Part shown: positions 26,767-35,597 of the stretch, piece after piece
Layout: every line of letters starts with the position of its first letter
Position numbering within the stretch: the first letter of the stretch is position 1
Origin: a virus
Taxonomy: Duplodnaviria > Caudoviricetes
Virus record (IMG/VR): IMGVR_UViG_3300043502_000004
Span: 1 to 59,229 of that record
DNA: 59,229 bases
Direction: 5' to 3' (one strand)
Translations under genes and position numbers: made by a program
Notes under the pieces: generated by a model
Seen by the model: the letters and a program-made list of their open reading frames with translations, nothing else
What the model was told of the DNA's origin: nothing
The model's database searches: none

Positions 26767-28827
26767 TCACATCGCCCTGATAGCTAGCTGAGTGTTGCGA
26801 TTCAGGTTGGTCCAGATGCCCTCGGCCACACCGGCCCCAGCGGTACGGGCCTGGTCACGATCCATTGGCCCGTTGATGCGCATGGAGATCGAGTTAGGCC
26901 CGAAGACGATGTTCTGGGTGGCGTTAGCGGAGGCGTCCCGTAGGGACGGGCCCTCCATCTCCATGCCGGTAGCAACCCGCCGGATAATCTCCTGGCCGGC
27001 AAAGCGTGGGTCGCCCTTCCCGGACAGCGGGCCCTCTTCCGCGGGAGAATGGGGGAAGAACCCGCTGATGATTCCGCCCACAGAGCCTAGTGCTCCACGC
27101 AGGTTCCCGAACATGTCCCTGACGCCGTTGATGAGGCCCTGGACGATGTTGCGTCCTGCGTTGTAGAGGAAGTTGACCGCGTTGGAGAAGGCTTCCTTGA
27201 TCCGGTCAGGGATGGACGCGAACCAACCCTTGATGCTGTTGACTACGCCCCCGATGAAGTTCTTAATGGCGCCGAACTTTGCCTCCACGCTGGCCACTAC
27301 CTGGTTGACTCCACCACCGACAAAGATCCACCACAGGAAGTTCCAGAACTCTGTGATCTTCTGCCAGGCTCCGACAAAGAAGCTTTCGACAGCGTTGGCA
27401 GCGGCGCCGAAGAATTCCAGGATGGCGGGACCCGCGACGGTTCCCAGGAAGAGGAAGAACTCCCGAACCGCACCCATGGCCCCCACCACCACGATGATGA
27501 GGGCGGTGATGGTCTGGATGGAGAGGATCGCGATGTCGAACAGGGCAGTGATGCCCTGGATTCCCGCTTCCGAAGTCAGGAATACGGCCAGCATTATCAG
27601 GGCCTCGGAGAACTTGTCGATCAGCTCCTGGCCGCCAGCCTTGTCCACAGCGACGAAGAGGGCTCCGATGAAGATGCCAGCCGCCCGGAATAGCTGAATG
27701 ACAGACATGAGAGTTTCCTCCATGTCGTTCAGCCAGGTGATGAAGTCCGGGTCGCCAGCCACGTCATTGAAGGCGTCGCCAACCTGCTTGAAGATCATGG
27801 AGACGATGTCGCCGACCTTGGTCAGGAACGGCATCGCCGCATTGACCATGCTCAACAGGCCGTCCAGGAACGTAATGAATGCCGGTCCGAACTGCTCCAG
27901 GAAGGTGACGGTGCGCGGGAAAATCTCACTGAGGAACTTGTTGATGGTGCCGCCGGCAAAGAACTTTCCTAGGTCACGAAAGAACACGCCCAGGGCTTGT
28001 GCGACCTTGATGAATCCATCGAAGACGGTCGGACCCTGGGCCCGGTAGATCTGGGTGAAGACCCCCTGTAGCTCCTTGAAGAACCCCTGCTGGACCTGAC
28101 CCTTCAGCTGGAAGAAGAAGTCCTTGAGTGGCAAGAGTTCCTTGACGAATGCTTGAGCCGCCGGGGCCAGGTCCTTGAGCGCCTCCTTCAGTTCCTTGGC
28201 ATTTTTGGCAGCGAAGGCACCCTGGACCGCGTCCCCCACGCCCTTGAAGGCGAGCATCAGGACCCCGACCTGGATCCCCACCGCCGCCAGGATTCCTGGC
28301 AGTGTGATCGCCACGGCGGCCAGAGCGTTCAGGGCCTGGATGGCGGCACCCACGAGGCCGACGATGGCCCCCACCAGGGGGATGATGAACGCGATCAGGG
28401 GCGACTTGCCGGAGACGTTGAAGCCGGCGCCCAGGGCGTCAGTGAATGCCTGACCCACCTTGCCGAAGGGTCCGCCACCACTGCCCCCACCGGTGGCAGC
28501 CTCCTGCACGGCCCGTTCAATGTCGGAGAAGACCTTGGTGACGGTCCTCTTGACAATGTTGTTGTCCTTGTCCAGCTCCACCCGAACAGTGGTCTTGACC
28601 TTCTGTCGCTCCAGACCCTTCTCTACCGAGCGGGCGAGGCGGGGACCTTCCTTCTCCAGGCGGTCACCCATGGCGTCAGTGAGTGTGTCGCCCCACTTGT
28701 CACCGGTCTCCTTGAGGTCACTCTCGACCTTCTCGGAGCCAGCCCTGATTCCGCGCTCGGCTTCACGAGGGAAGGGAGTGGTGTCAGCGTGGACCGTAAC
28801 GAAGGCTTCACCCTCACGTGTAGCCAC
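26767..28827 (-). CDS. tape measure protein
   Basis: GEAFV.V..DT start, Ala/Gly/Phe helical repeats, G.NIVQGLING, P.SPA..GPL; follows the chaperone pair. Confidence 0.9.
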   Translation of the reverse strand: MATREGEAFVTVHADTTPFPREAERGIRAGSEKVESDLKETGDKWGDTLTDAMGDRLEKEGPRLARSVEKGLERQKVKTTVRVELDKDNNIVKRTVTKVFSDIERAVQEAATGGGSGGGPFGKVGQAFTDALGAGFNVSGKSPLIAFIIPLVGAIVGLVGAAIQALNALAAVAITLPGILAAVGIQVGVLMLAFKGVGDAVQGAFAAKNAKELKEALKDLAPAAQAFVKELLPLKDFFFQLKGQVQQGFFKELQGVFTQIYRAQGPTVFDGFIKVAQALGVFFRDLGKFFAGGTINKFLSEIFPRTVTFLEQFGPAFITFLDGLLSMVNAAMPFLTKVGDIVSMIFKQVGDAFNDVAGDPDFITWLNDMEETLMSVIQLFRAAGIFIGALFVAVDKAGGQELIDKFSEALIMLAVFLTSEAGIQGITALFDIAILSIQTITALIIVVVGAMGAVREFFLFLGTVAGPAILEFFGAAANAVESFFVGAWQKITEFWNFLWWIFVGGGVNQVVASVEAKFGAIKNFIGGVVNSIKGWFASIPDRIKEAFSNAVNFLYNAGRNIVQGLINGVRDMFGNLRGALGSVGGIISGFFPHSPAEEGPLSGKGDPRFAGQEIIRRVATGMEMEGPSLRDASANATQNIVFGPNSISMRINGPMDRDQARTAGAGVAEGIWTNLNRNTQLAIRAM

Positions 28828-28898
28828 AGTGACACCACCCCTCACAGCTTCTCGGAGTGGGCCATTGCGCCGGGCGCCACGCCCTCATTCTAGGCCGA

Positions 28899-29489
28899 TC
28901 ATCGCATGGAGAGGAACTGCTCCACCGACATCTCCATCTCATCCACGCGTTCTATCTCCGCCGCCATTTCGGAGGGAGGTGGCAGCTCCAGGCGACTGAC
29001 GAACAGGCTTACTTCCTTGGGGTCCATGGCTCGGATGAGGATGACCAGCATCGCGTCGAGCCATGCGGCCAGGGACAGGACCTGTGGGTCGATTCCCGAC
29101 ATGATCATCTCTGGCCCCAGAACGTTCCAGTTCTGGCGGACGATGCTGATCATGCGCAGGGCGATCCACCACTTCCGGGCCGCCACAGTGGCGATCAGTT
29201 CCAGGATGGCTGAGTACAGGACCTCTGGCTCGACCTCCTGATTGAACAGCAGCTCCATTCCGGTGGGACACAGCTCTATCAGGACCCGATCCAGGTCAGG
29301 CTGCTCGTCCATGAGGATGACGAGCCAGGCCACGGCCGCAACGGCCGGGAAGTCGTATACCTGCCCCCGGACTTCCAGTTCCGCCGGCCAGGGGCGCAGT
29401 GACCACACCGGGTCCAGGTTGTGTTTGGGTATGACAACCTGAGCTTCAGGCCCGGGTGCGCCCCCGCCGAACTGCGGGCTTCTTCTCAT
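28899..29489 (-). CDS. tail assembly chaperone, downstream (T-like) frame
   Basis: Between chaperone and tape measure; overlaps the upstream ORF in the +1 frame. Confidence 0.7.
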   Translation of the reverse strand: MRRSPQFGGGAPGPEAQVVIPKHNLDPVWSLRPWPAELEVRGQVYDFPAVAAVAWLVILMDEQPDLDRVLIELCPTGMELLFNQEVEPEVLYSAILELIATVAARKWWIALRMISIVRQNWNVLGPEMIMSGIDPQVLSLAAWLDAMLVILIRAMDPKEVSLFVSRLELPPPSEMAAEIERVDEMEMSVEQFLSMR

Positions 29490-29790
29490 TGTCTTCCTCG
29501 TCCTTGAAGACAGAGACCCAGTCGGTCATGTCCTTCAGCTCCAGGTTTCCCTTGATCTGCTGCTCCAGGACCCACTTCTTGTCCCCGTCCTGGACGACGA
29601 CGCTGTCGAGAATCTGGAACATCTGATCCATCATGTCCACCTGCTGCTCCCGCGCCACGTTGGGAGAAGAGAGGATGCGGGACCCCCGCAGAAGCAGGCC
29701 CATCTGGATGTCCGTCAGCTTCTTGATCACGATGTTGCGCCCGCATACGGGCACGATCTGGGTCGGACGACCCGTGTCTTCATTAGCCAT
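29446..29790 (-). CDS. tail assembly chaperone (G-like)
   Basis: Position and size. Confidence 0.7.
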   Translation of the reverse strand: MANEDTGRPTQIVPVCGRNIVIKKLTDIQMGLLLRGSRILSSPNVAREQQVDMMDQMFQILDSVVVQDGDKKWVLEQQIKGNLELKDMTDWVSVFKDEEDNEKKPAVRRGRTRA

Positions 29791-29799
29791 GTCCGCAGA

Positions 29800-30294
29800 C
29801 TACAGCTCGGTGGAGATGTACTTGAAGCCGAAGATCCGAGAAAGTGTACGGAGGGGGGTGGAGAGGTACTTCTTGCCCTTGTAGCCGGGGTGCGAGATGC
29901 CCAGGAAGTTGGGGGACATGGGGATATGCGGGGCATAGACCGTGCGCCCGGCCCGACGCCAATAGAACTTCAACTGGGGCTTGCGGCGGGACCCGAACCG
30001 CCACAGGTGCGGAGCATCCTTCGGGAAGATGTTGTGTACCTCGGGCCCGTCGTGAGCGATAGTGGCGTAGGACGCGTGAGCCACGACAGAGCCAGTGACC
30101 AGACGCCCCGACACGTGGGGGCCTTCCTTCTCGATGGTGCTGGATAGGTGCCCGGTAGTGTAGGGCCCCGTCCCTGGGGCGGTCAGCGCCTTGGCGGCAT
30201 CCACGGTGGCGTCAAGGAGCCGGTCGGTGAGGCGCAAGGCCTCCTTAATCGAGGTCTCCTTCATGATCAGCTGGTACATAACCACTCGCGCCAT
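29800..30294 (-). CDS. neck/tail-completion protein (HK97 gp10-like)
   Basis: TGHL.S.I, YA...H.G, L.F.W, HPG. Confidence 0.7.
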   Translation of the reverse strand: MARVVMYQLIMKETSIKEALRLTDRLLDATVDAAKALTAPGTGPYTTGHLSSTIEKEGPHVSGRLVTGSVVAHASYATIAHDGPEVHNIFPKDAPHLWRFGSRRKPQLKFYWRRAGRTVYAPHIPMSPNFLGISHPGYKGKKYLSTPLRTLSRIFGFKYISTEL

Positions 30295-30442
30295 AACCCT
30301 GCTCCCAGGTCGGATCCCACAACAGTTGAAAGTAGTTACCCACGATCAAGTGTGCGGTACGCGTGGTCAGCTCCACCCACGTTTCCTGGCCAACCTCGTA
30401 TCCGTCGAAGTTCTTCAGCGCCCGGACGAGGACCTGTCTCAT
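30245..30442 (-). CDS. hypothetical protein
   Basis: ATGA coupling. Confidence 0.5.
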   Translation of the reverse strand: MRQVLVRALKNFDGYEVGQETWVELTTRTAHLIVGNYFQLLWDPTWEQGYGASGYVPADHEGDLD

Positions 30443-31020
30443 GCGCAGGGTTCACAGAGTGGCATCTGGAAGGTGACGGTCATGCTGCGTTCCACGCAGC
30501 CACCTTGCGGTGCCCCTTGGGACTGGGGCTGCATGACAATGGACATGCCTTCCAGGAGCCCGGTCTGGTTCACGAACCAGGACCGTAGGCAACAGGCCGC
30601 CTCCCGCAGGGCCATGATGTCGGCGACGTTCTGGTAGAACGCCAGCGTCCAGTCGGCACAGGTGGGCATGGATCCCTCGTCGTCCATGACGGTAGGGATA
30701 CAGCGGATGATGCCCACAGTGAGACTCTGGGCCCAGGAGGCTGGGGCGCAGACACTGTTGGCCTGCCGCACGATGTCCTGCTCGGGGAACGAAGCAGAAC
30801 TGACCGTAGTCTCCCCCAGCATCACGTAACCCAGGCCGTCACAGCACAGGTCCTGGAACTGGTCGATGTCGTAGGTGACGTTGGTGCCGACCCGGAAGCA
30901 GAACTGTCCAGGCTCATATCCAGACACCGGATAGCTGGTCTGGAGGCATTCCAGCGCCTTGGCCGCTACGACGTAGACCGGATCCGAGGCGATGATGTCC
31001 GGCGCAAGGGGGGAGGTCAC
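30439..31020 (-). CDS. tail terminator/head-tail connector protein
   Basis: Synteny; GIIRC.P, PQGGC. Confidence 0.65.
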   Translation of the reverse strand: MTSPLAPDIIASDPVYVVAAKALECLQTSYPVSGYEPGQFCFRVGTNVTYDIDQFQDLCCDGLGYVMLGETTVSSASFPEQDIVRQANSVCAPASWAQSLTVGIIRCIPTVMDDEGSMPTCADWTLAFYQNVADIMALREAACCLRSWFVNQTGLLEGMSIVMQPQSQGAPQGGCVERSMTVTFQMPLCEPCA

Positions 31021-31877
31021 GGCCAGGTCGTCTTCCGGATCGGACTGTAGTCCGGGGTGGCTATCTTCATCCGGGACGTCAGCCGGTACGGGTTGAAAGC
31101 CCGGATGACGTTGTCGACCGTGACGATGCCGGTGAGCCCGTCTTCCAGCAGCTGATCCACATTCACCAGGGACACAGTGACACCCTGCCGGGACAGCGAG
31201 GTAGCCCGCTGTGGCAGCCGGCAGACCTGGCCCAGGCAGAACTTGGCGTACTCACAGGCCAGCTCACCCGCGGCCCGGGACAGCACACCGGGCAGTGGGA
31301 TTCCCTGTAGGTAGGTGACCTGCCAGGCCGAGTTGTCGAACGGCTCCCCGGCACCCGAGGCCGGCATGTTGAAGTTGTTCATGATGGGCCAGCAGTCCGT
31401 GGCCCCACTGCCAGAGACTGCTGGCCCCTGCCGCACCAACCACTGGTAGTCGTCTACCCGGTAGGTGGACGGGTCGATGATCCCGGACCCGGAGAAGTAC
31501 ACGTTAACGATGCTGTTGACCGGGGGCTCCAGCCACAGCTGGCAGGAGGCCTTGCAGCTGAAGCAGCCGTCTCCGGTACCGCAGAAGCAGTTACGCCAGA
31601 CGCCGTTGAAGATGTACGGCATCCAGGTGCCCTCGGCCCAGAACCAGCCACCGCCCCAGCAGTCTTCACAGTCCCGGCGGCAGGGGCGCACAGTCTTGGA
31701 GCAGAGGCCGAACCGGCGTCCGGTGCTGGCCCAGACAAGCAGCGCCCCGTACTCGGCGGCAGCGGTCTGGAGTTCAGTGTCGTAGCTGTCCCACTCGGCG
31801 CAGCATCCTGTGTCCACCGTCAGGGAGCACGGAAGGAAGGGATCCTGGTTCCCGACGAACACGTCAACGGTTGCCAT
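31017..31877 (-). CDS. head-to-tail adaptor
   Basis: W..TGRRFG.C..TVRP, AAGELACE, LSRQGV, TGI..VD..I...NP. Confidence 0.8.
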   Translation of the reverse strand: MATVDVFVGNQDPFLPCSLTVDTGCCAEWDSYDTELQTAAAEYGALLVWASTGRRFGLCSKTVRPCRRDCEDCWGGGWFWAEGTWMPYIFNGVWRNCFCGTGDGCFSCKASCQLWLEPPVNSIVNVYFSGSGIIDPSTYRVDDYQWLVRQGPAVSGSGATDCWPIMNNFNMPASGAGEPFDNSAWQVTYLQGIPLPGVLSRAAGELACEYAKFCLGQVCRLPQRATSLSRQGVTVSLVNVDQLLEDGLTGIVTVDNVIRAFNPYRLTSRMKIATPDYSPIRKTTWP

Positions 31878-31924
31878 GAATCCCTCCCTTGCGTTCTATG
31901 TCAGTCGCTACCCATCGCTACAGG

Positions 31925-32638
31925 TTAGCTAGGGGTGAGGGAACTGAGGGTGGTGCAGCCACACGATGCCGTTGGCGGCGCGAGGCGGGTCATGAACATG
32001 CGGTGGTGCTGACGGGACCCGATCGGGGTGAGCAGACGAATCGGTGTCGTCGACCCGGCCGGGTTGTCCGAGTAGTCCACGAAGTAGGGACCGAGGCCCC
32101 ACGGGGAGTTGTTGGACGTACGCGCGGAGACCATGAAGTTGGCCGCCCCGTTCTCGTAGGTGACGTCACCGACGGTGCCCTCCTTCACCCACGGGAACAC
32201 GAGGTACCCATACTCCACGCCACCCGAGCAGGCGACCCCACCGTTGGCTGCGAGTCGGGTCCAGCCTTCGAAGCCGAAGTTGGCGTTGGCCGCCGACCCC
32301 TCTTCCGTGCTGTAGCCGGTCGCGTTGGGGACGGCAGCGTCGTCCATGACCAGGGGCTCGGCGGTCATGATGTTGACCATCTCGGGGTCGACGTTGCAGA
32401 ACGTCAGCTCCAGGTTGATCCACTTGAGGATGGGCGGGTTCGTCTCGGTGACGCAGAAGAAGCCGTCACCGTTCTTGACGAAGAACTCTTCCCGGTCCTC
32501 ATACTCCTTCGTCATGGCGATGGAGATGATTCCGTCACTGACCACAGTGGAGCAACCAGTGATAGGGAGCCCACACGAGTTCAGCTTCGTGACGCGGACC
32601 CGAGGAACTTTGAACGGGGTATAACACCGCGACGGCAT
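31925..32638 (-). CDS. major tail protein
   Basis: RVTKL..CG, LELTFC.VDP, YGY..FP, WG.GPY. Confidence 0.8.
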   Translation of the reverse strand: MPSRCYTPFKVPRVRVTKLNSCGLPITGCSTVVSDGIISIAMTKEYEDREEFFVKNGDGFFCVTETNPPILKWINLELTFCNVDPEMVNIMTAEPLVMDDAAVPNATGYSTEEGSAANANFGFEGWTRLAANGGVACSGGVEYGYLVFPWVKEGTVGDVTYENGAANFMVSARTSNNSPWGLGPYFVDYSDNPAGSTTPIRLLTPIGSRQHHRMFMTRLAPPTASCGCTTLSSLTPS

Positions 32639-32652
32639 GCCTACTCCTTCAC

Positions 32653-33495
32653 TTAGTCGCTGTTGCAGTCATGCGTCACCTGGATAGCCCAGGACCCGCA
32701 CTCGACGATGGTGACGAAGGTTCGCTCCGCCACCGTGTAGATCTGGTTGAGTGCCCGGTCCATCGTTTCGCCGATAGGTGGAACGAAGGTGTCCGAACCC
32801 CAGATCAAAACCCGGCCCGAGGCGTACATGTATTCCGTCGTCGCAGTGGTGGCCTGACCCGCCGGGCCAGTGCCGTTGTAGCCGTGACCCAGGACCACCG
32901 GGGTCCCGTTACGGGTGACGATCTGGCGACCTGGACCCTTTTCAATCAGGTGCGCCTGAGCCAGGACCGCACCCATTCCGGGCCGGGCGTGGATGATGCC
33001 ACCCACAACCCCGTTGTCGGCCAGGGCCTGCTCCAGGCTGAACACAGCCTCCGTGATGCAGGAGGCCGCCGACAGGGTGGCGGCGCTCTGGAAGTGGCCA
33101 GGAATGCCTCCTGTGCCACCGCCGGGTGCCCCCTGCCAGACCCGTCGCTCCACGCCCCGCTGCTCCCGCAGCTGCATCCGCAACCGGACTCGCTGCTCCA
33201 CCTCAGCGAAGCTGAAGCCGATGGAGCCACAGGTGTAGGAGGTGTAGACCCCGAACGGGGAGCCGGACACGGCTGGTTCAATCGCCGAGAACGTCTTGGA
33301 GCCAGAGACCGGGGGGCAGTTCATGGCGTACAGGAACACGTCGTCTTCACACGTGTCCGGCACGTACTGAATGCCACCCCCGTAGACCGGTCCGGGGAAC
33401 CCCATCGGCCCCAGAGCCACGTCGAAGAGCCCCGGCGGCCGGGGTGGCGGCGGCGGGGCCGGGATGAGTAGGGGCGCGTTAGCGATCGTGGGCAT
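32653..33495 (-). CDS. second capsid protein (pentamer-type)
   Basis: Directly after major capsid; PF.VY...C, E...VE...W, G..VV.G.GY. Confidence 0.7.
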   Translation of the reverse strand: MPTIANAPLLIPAPPPPPRPPGLFDVALGPMGFPGPVYGGGIQYVPDTCEDDVFLYAMNCPPVSGSKTFSAIEPAVSGSPFGVYTSYTCGSIGFSFAEVEQRVRLRMQLREQRGVERRVWQGAPGGGTGGIPGHFQSAATLSAASCITEAVFSLEQALADNGVVGGIIHARPGMGAVLAQAHLIEKGPGRQIVTRNGTPVVLGHGYNGTGPAGQATTATTEYMYASGRVLIWGSDTFVPPIGETMDRALNQIYTVAERTFVTIVECGSWAIQVTHDCNSD

Positions 33496-33518
33496 CGAGA
33501 CCTCCCTTCTAAGAGGTA

Positions 33519-33549
33519 GAGGGGGCCGGTGTTACCGACCCCCTGTTTC
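33519..33549 (-). terminator. stem-loop after the major capsid gene
   Basis: AGGGGGTCGGT-AAC-ACCGGCCCCCT on the - strand. Confidence 0.45.
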
Positions 33550-33552
33550 CGC

Positions 33553-35274
33553 TTAGCAGGAGACGATGCGCTGAACGCCGGTGCTACCGCTGGGGCAGAT
33601 GGTGATGGTGTAGACCCGAGAGACAGGGCACATCTTCAACATTGCCCACCCTGTTTCCGTGAACAGGTGGGTGACCTGGTTGGTGGCCAGCTTCGTGCTG
33701 TCGTACACGCTGTTCAGCGTGATGACGTCGGACACCGCGCGGACCCAGGTGCCGGCCGGGTAGACCAGGAAGGTCAGCGTCGTGGGCAGGTTCTGGATCG
33801 GGGTGTCCGCACCCGGGGAGCCAGAGACGGCACCGGTGGCGAACGCGTCCTGCCAGTCGTAGACGTACTGGACGCGGGCACCGCGGGCCGTGAACGCGGC
33901 GGTGATCGCCGAGTCCGCCAGCGTGTGTGCTTCCGCGCCGTTGCCGGTCCCGTTGCGACGGATCCAGTCGGCCCGCATCTGGGCACCGATCCAGAACGGC
34001 ATCTTGACTTCAAGAGTCGCCGAACGCTCCAGGCGCAGGCGGTACTTGATGTCGACGATGGCCATCTCGACTGCGCTCATGACCTGGGAAACCACCGACA
34101 GGTCGGTAGCCCACGGGGCACCGGACAGGGTGACCGCCGTGGAGCCGGCGACAACGTCGATGATCTGCTCACGGTTGATCTGGTGTGCCGAGGCAGCCAG
34201 AGCACCACGGGTGAACGTGGCCGTGAACTCCGGGTAGCCACGGTTGGCCAAGATGTTGCCGGTCAGGCACAGGCCGGTGACGCCCAGGCGGGTGTCCACG
34301 AAGTCGGGGCAGGGAATCTCCAGGCAGGTCTTCGTGGTGCCGGCGGCGACCTGGGCCTCAGTGAGGTCGAAGAAGCCGGTGCCGGAGCCGAAGATCGTGT
34401 CGAACTCGATGCCGGTGTTGTGCCGGACGCCACCGCGACGGGCCTGGACCTCAGGGAAGTCGGCCAGGCCATCGGTGGTGATCTGGAGACAGATGTCGTA
34501 GTCCGTCTCCGACGGGGCACACCAGCCCATGGCCGCGACAAGGGAGTCACGCTCAGGGTGCTGCTCCTGGAGTCGCTGACGGTCCAGCTCGGCCGAGGCG
34601 ATCAGGGAACCACCGGGCAGGCGACGCTCGTCCGCGACGGCCAGCAGCTTGGCGTAGTCGCCACTGTCCCCGTTGACTGAGAACTCGTCCGGGTAGTTGC
34701 GGATCAGCTGGGCCACCGGCATGGAGATCGGGCCGTTGCTCTGCATGCCCCGGCGCCCCATGGCGTCGTGGCTGGCGGAGCGGGCTTCGAAGACCTTGGC
34801 GACATCCAGCATCGTGGCCAGCGCCTGGCCCTGCTCGTAGCCTTCACCGGCACCGGTCGAGACCGAGGCGGAGGCAACCAGCGTGGAGTAGGCAATCCGG
34901 GCGGGGGTGCCGTCCGGGATCTGCGGGGTCGGACCGGAGCCGGCGATGTCGGCAACCCGGATCGTGGTCGACGCGGTGACGGTGGCGGGCTCCTCCGTGA
35001 CGGGGGCCTGCTCCGTGGTCTCTTCGACGACCGGCTCGTCTTCAACGGCGGCGGCGAAGCGGGTCCCACGGTCGGCGCGAGCGGCCAGCTCGCCCGGAAC
35101 GGTGACCATCCGGAACTCCTGAAGTTCCTCCAGGCGCTCCAGGTCTTCCTCGGTCACGCTGTAGACATCAACGCTTTCCTTGAGCGCGGTCCACTCGTTG
35201 GTAGCGATCTGGCGGAGGTCTTCGAGACCCGACACGGAATAGCCATCAAGGCTTTCCGGGATCTGGAAAGTCAT
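33553..35274 (-). CDS. major capsid protein (hexamer-type) with N-terminal scaffold region
   Basis: LVAAMGWCAPSETDYD, P.VQ.RRGG, K.C.EIPCP; SD GAAGGAG. Confidence 0.9.
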   Translation of the reverse strand: MTFQIPESLDGYSVSGLEDLRQIATNEWTALKESVDVYSVTEEDLERLEELQEFRMVTVPGELAARADRGTRFAAAVEDEPVVEETTEQAPVTEEPATVTASTTIRVADIAGSGPTPQIPDGTPARIAYSTLVASASVSTGAGEGYEQGQALATMLDVAKVFEARSASHDAMGRRGMQSNGPISMPVAQLIRNYPDEFSVNGDSGDYAKLLAVADERRLPGGSLIASAELDRQRLQEQHPERDSLVAAMGWCAPSETDYDICLQITTDGLADFPEVQARRGGVRHNTGIEFDTIFGSGTGFFDLTEAQVAAGTTKTCLEIPCPDFVDTRLGVTGLCLTGNILANRGYPEFTATFTRGALAASAHQINREQIIDVVAGSTAVTLSGAPWATDLSVVSQVMSAVEMAIVDIKYRLRLERSATLEVKMPFWIGAQMRADWIRRNGTGNGAEAHTLADSAITAAFTARGARVQYVYDWQDAFATGAVSGSPGADTPIQNLPTTLTFLVYPAGTWVRAVSDVITLNSVYDSTKLATNQVTHLFTETGWAMLKMCPVSRVYTITICPSGSTGVQRIVSC

Positions 35275-35391
35275 TGCTGCTCCTTCAGGGAACGTGTTTG
35301 AGACGTCCCGGTGAAGGCCCACAGCTCATGCCACCGGCGTGGCGTTGATCAGGGTCTGGACCATAAACGCAGCACCTACTGATCTAGTGGG

Positions 35392-35422
35392 AATGGTAGA
35401 TCAGCAGGTGCTGCGTGGCAAA
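35392..35422 (-). promoter_or_regulatory. capsid gene promoter embedded in a 20-bp inverted repeat
   Basis: TTGCCA-17 nt-TACCAT on the - strand. Confidence 0.55.
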
Positions 35423-35424
35423 TG

Positions 35425-35589
35425 TCAGAGCTTACGGATCTGTGTGCCGAACCCCCCCATGGTCTGTGCGACCTTGGCGGCCTGTTCCCCAGTGACCGTC
35501 TCTCTGCGTCCGTTGGTGTACGTCACCTCGTACAGTTCTTCGCGGCGTGCAGCTTCCTGGCTGGCTCCTCCGTTACATGCGCAGGGCAT
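35425..35589 (-). CDS. small head-module protein (54 aa, not in ORF track)
   Basis: SD TAGGAGG; MPCACNGGASQEAARREELYEVTYTNGRRETVTGEQAAKVAQTMGGFGTQIRKL. Confidence 0.75.
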   Translation of the reverse strand: MPCACNGGASQEAARREELYEVTYTNGRRETVTGEQAAKVAQTMGGFGTQIRKL

Positions 35590-35597
35590 GGATCCTC

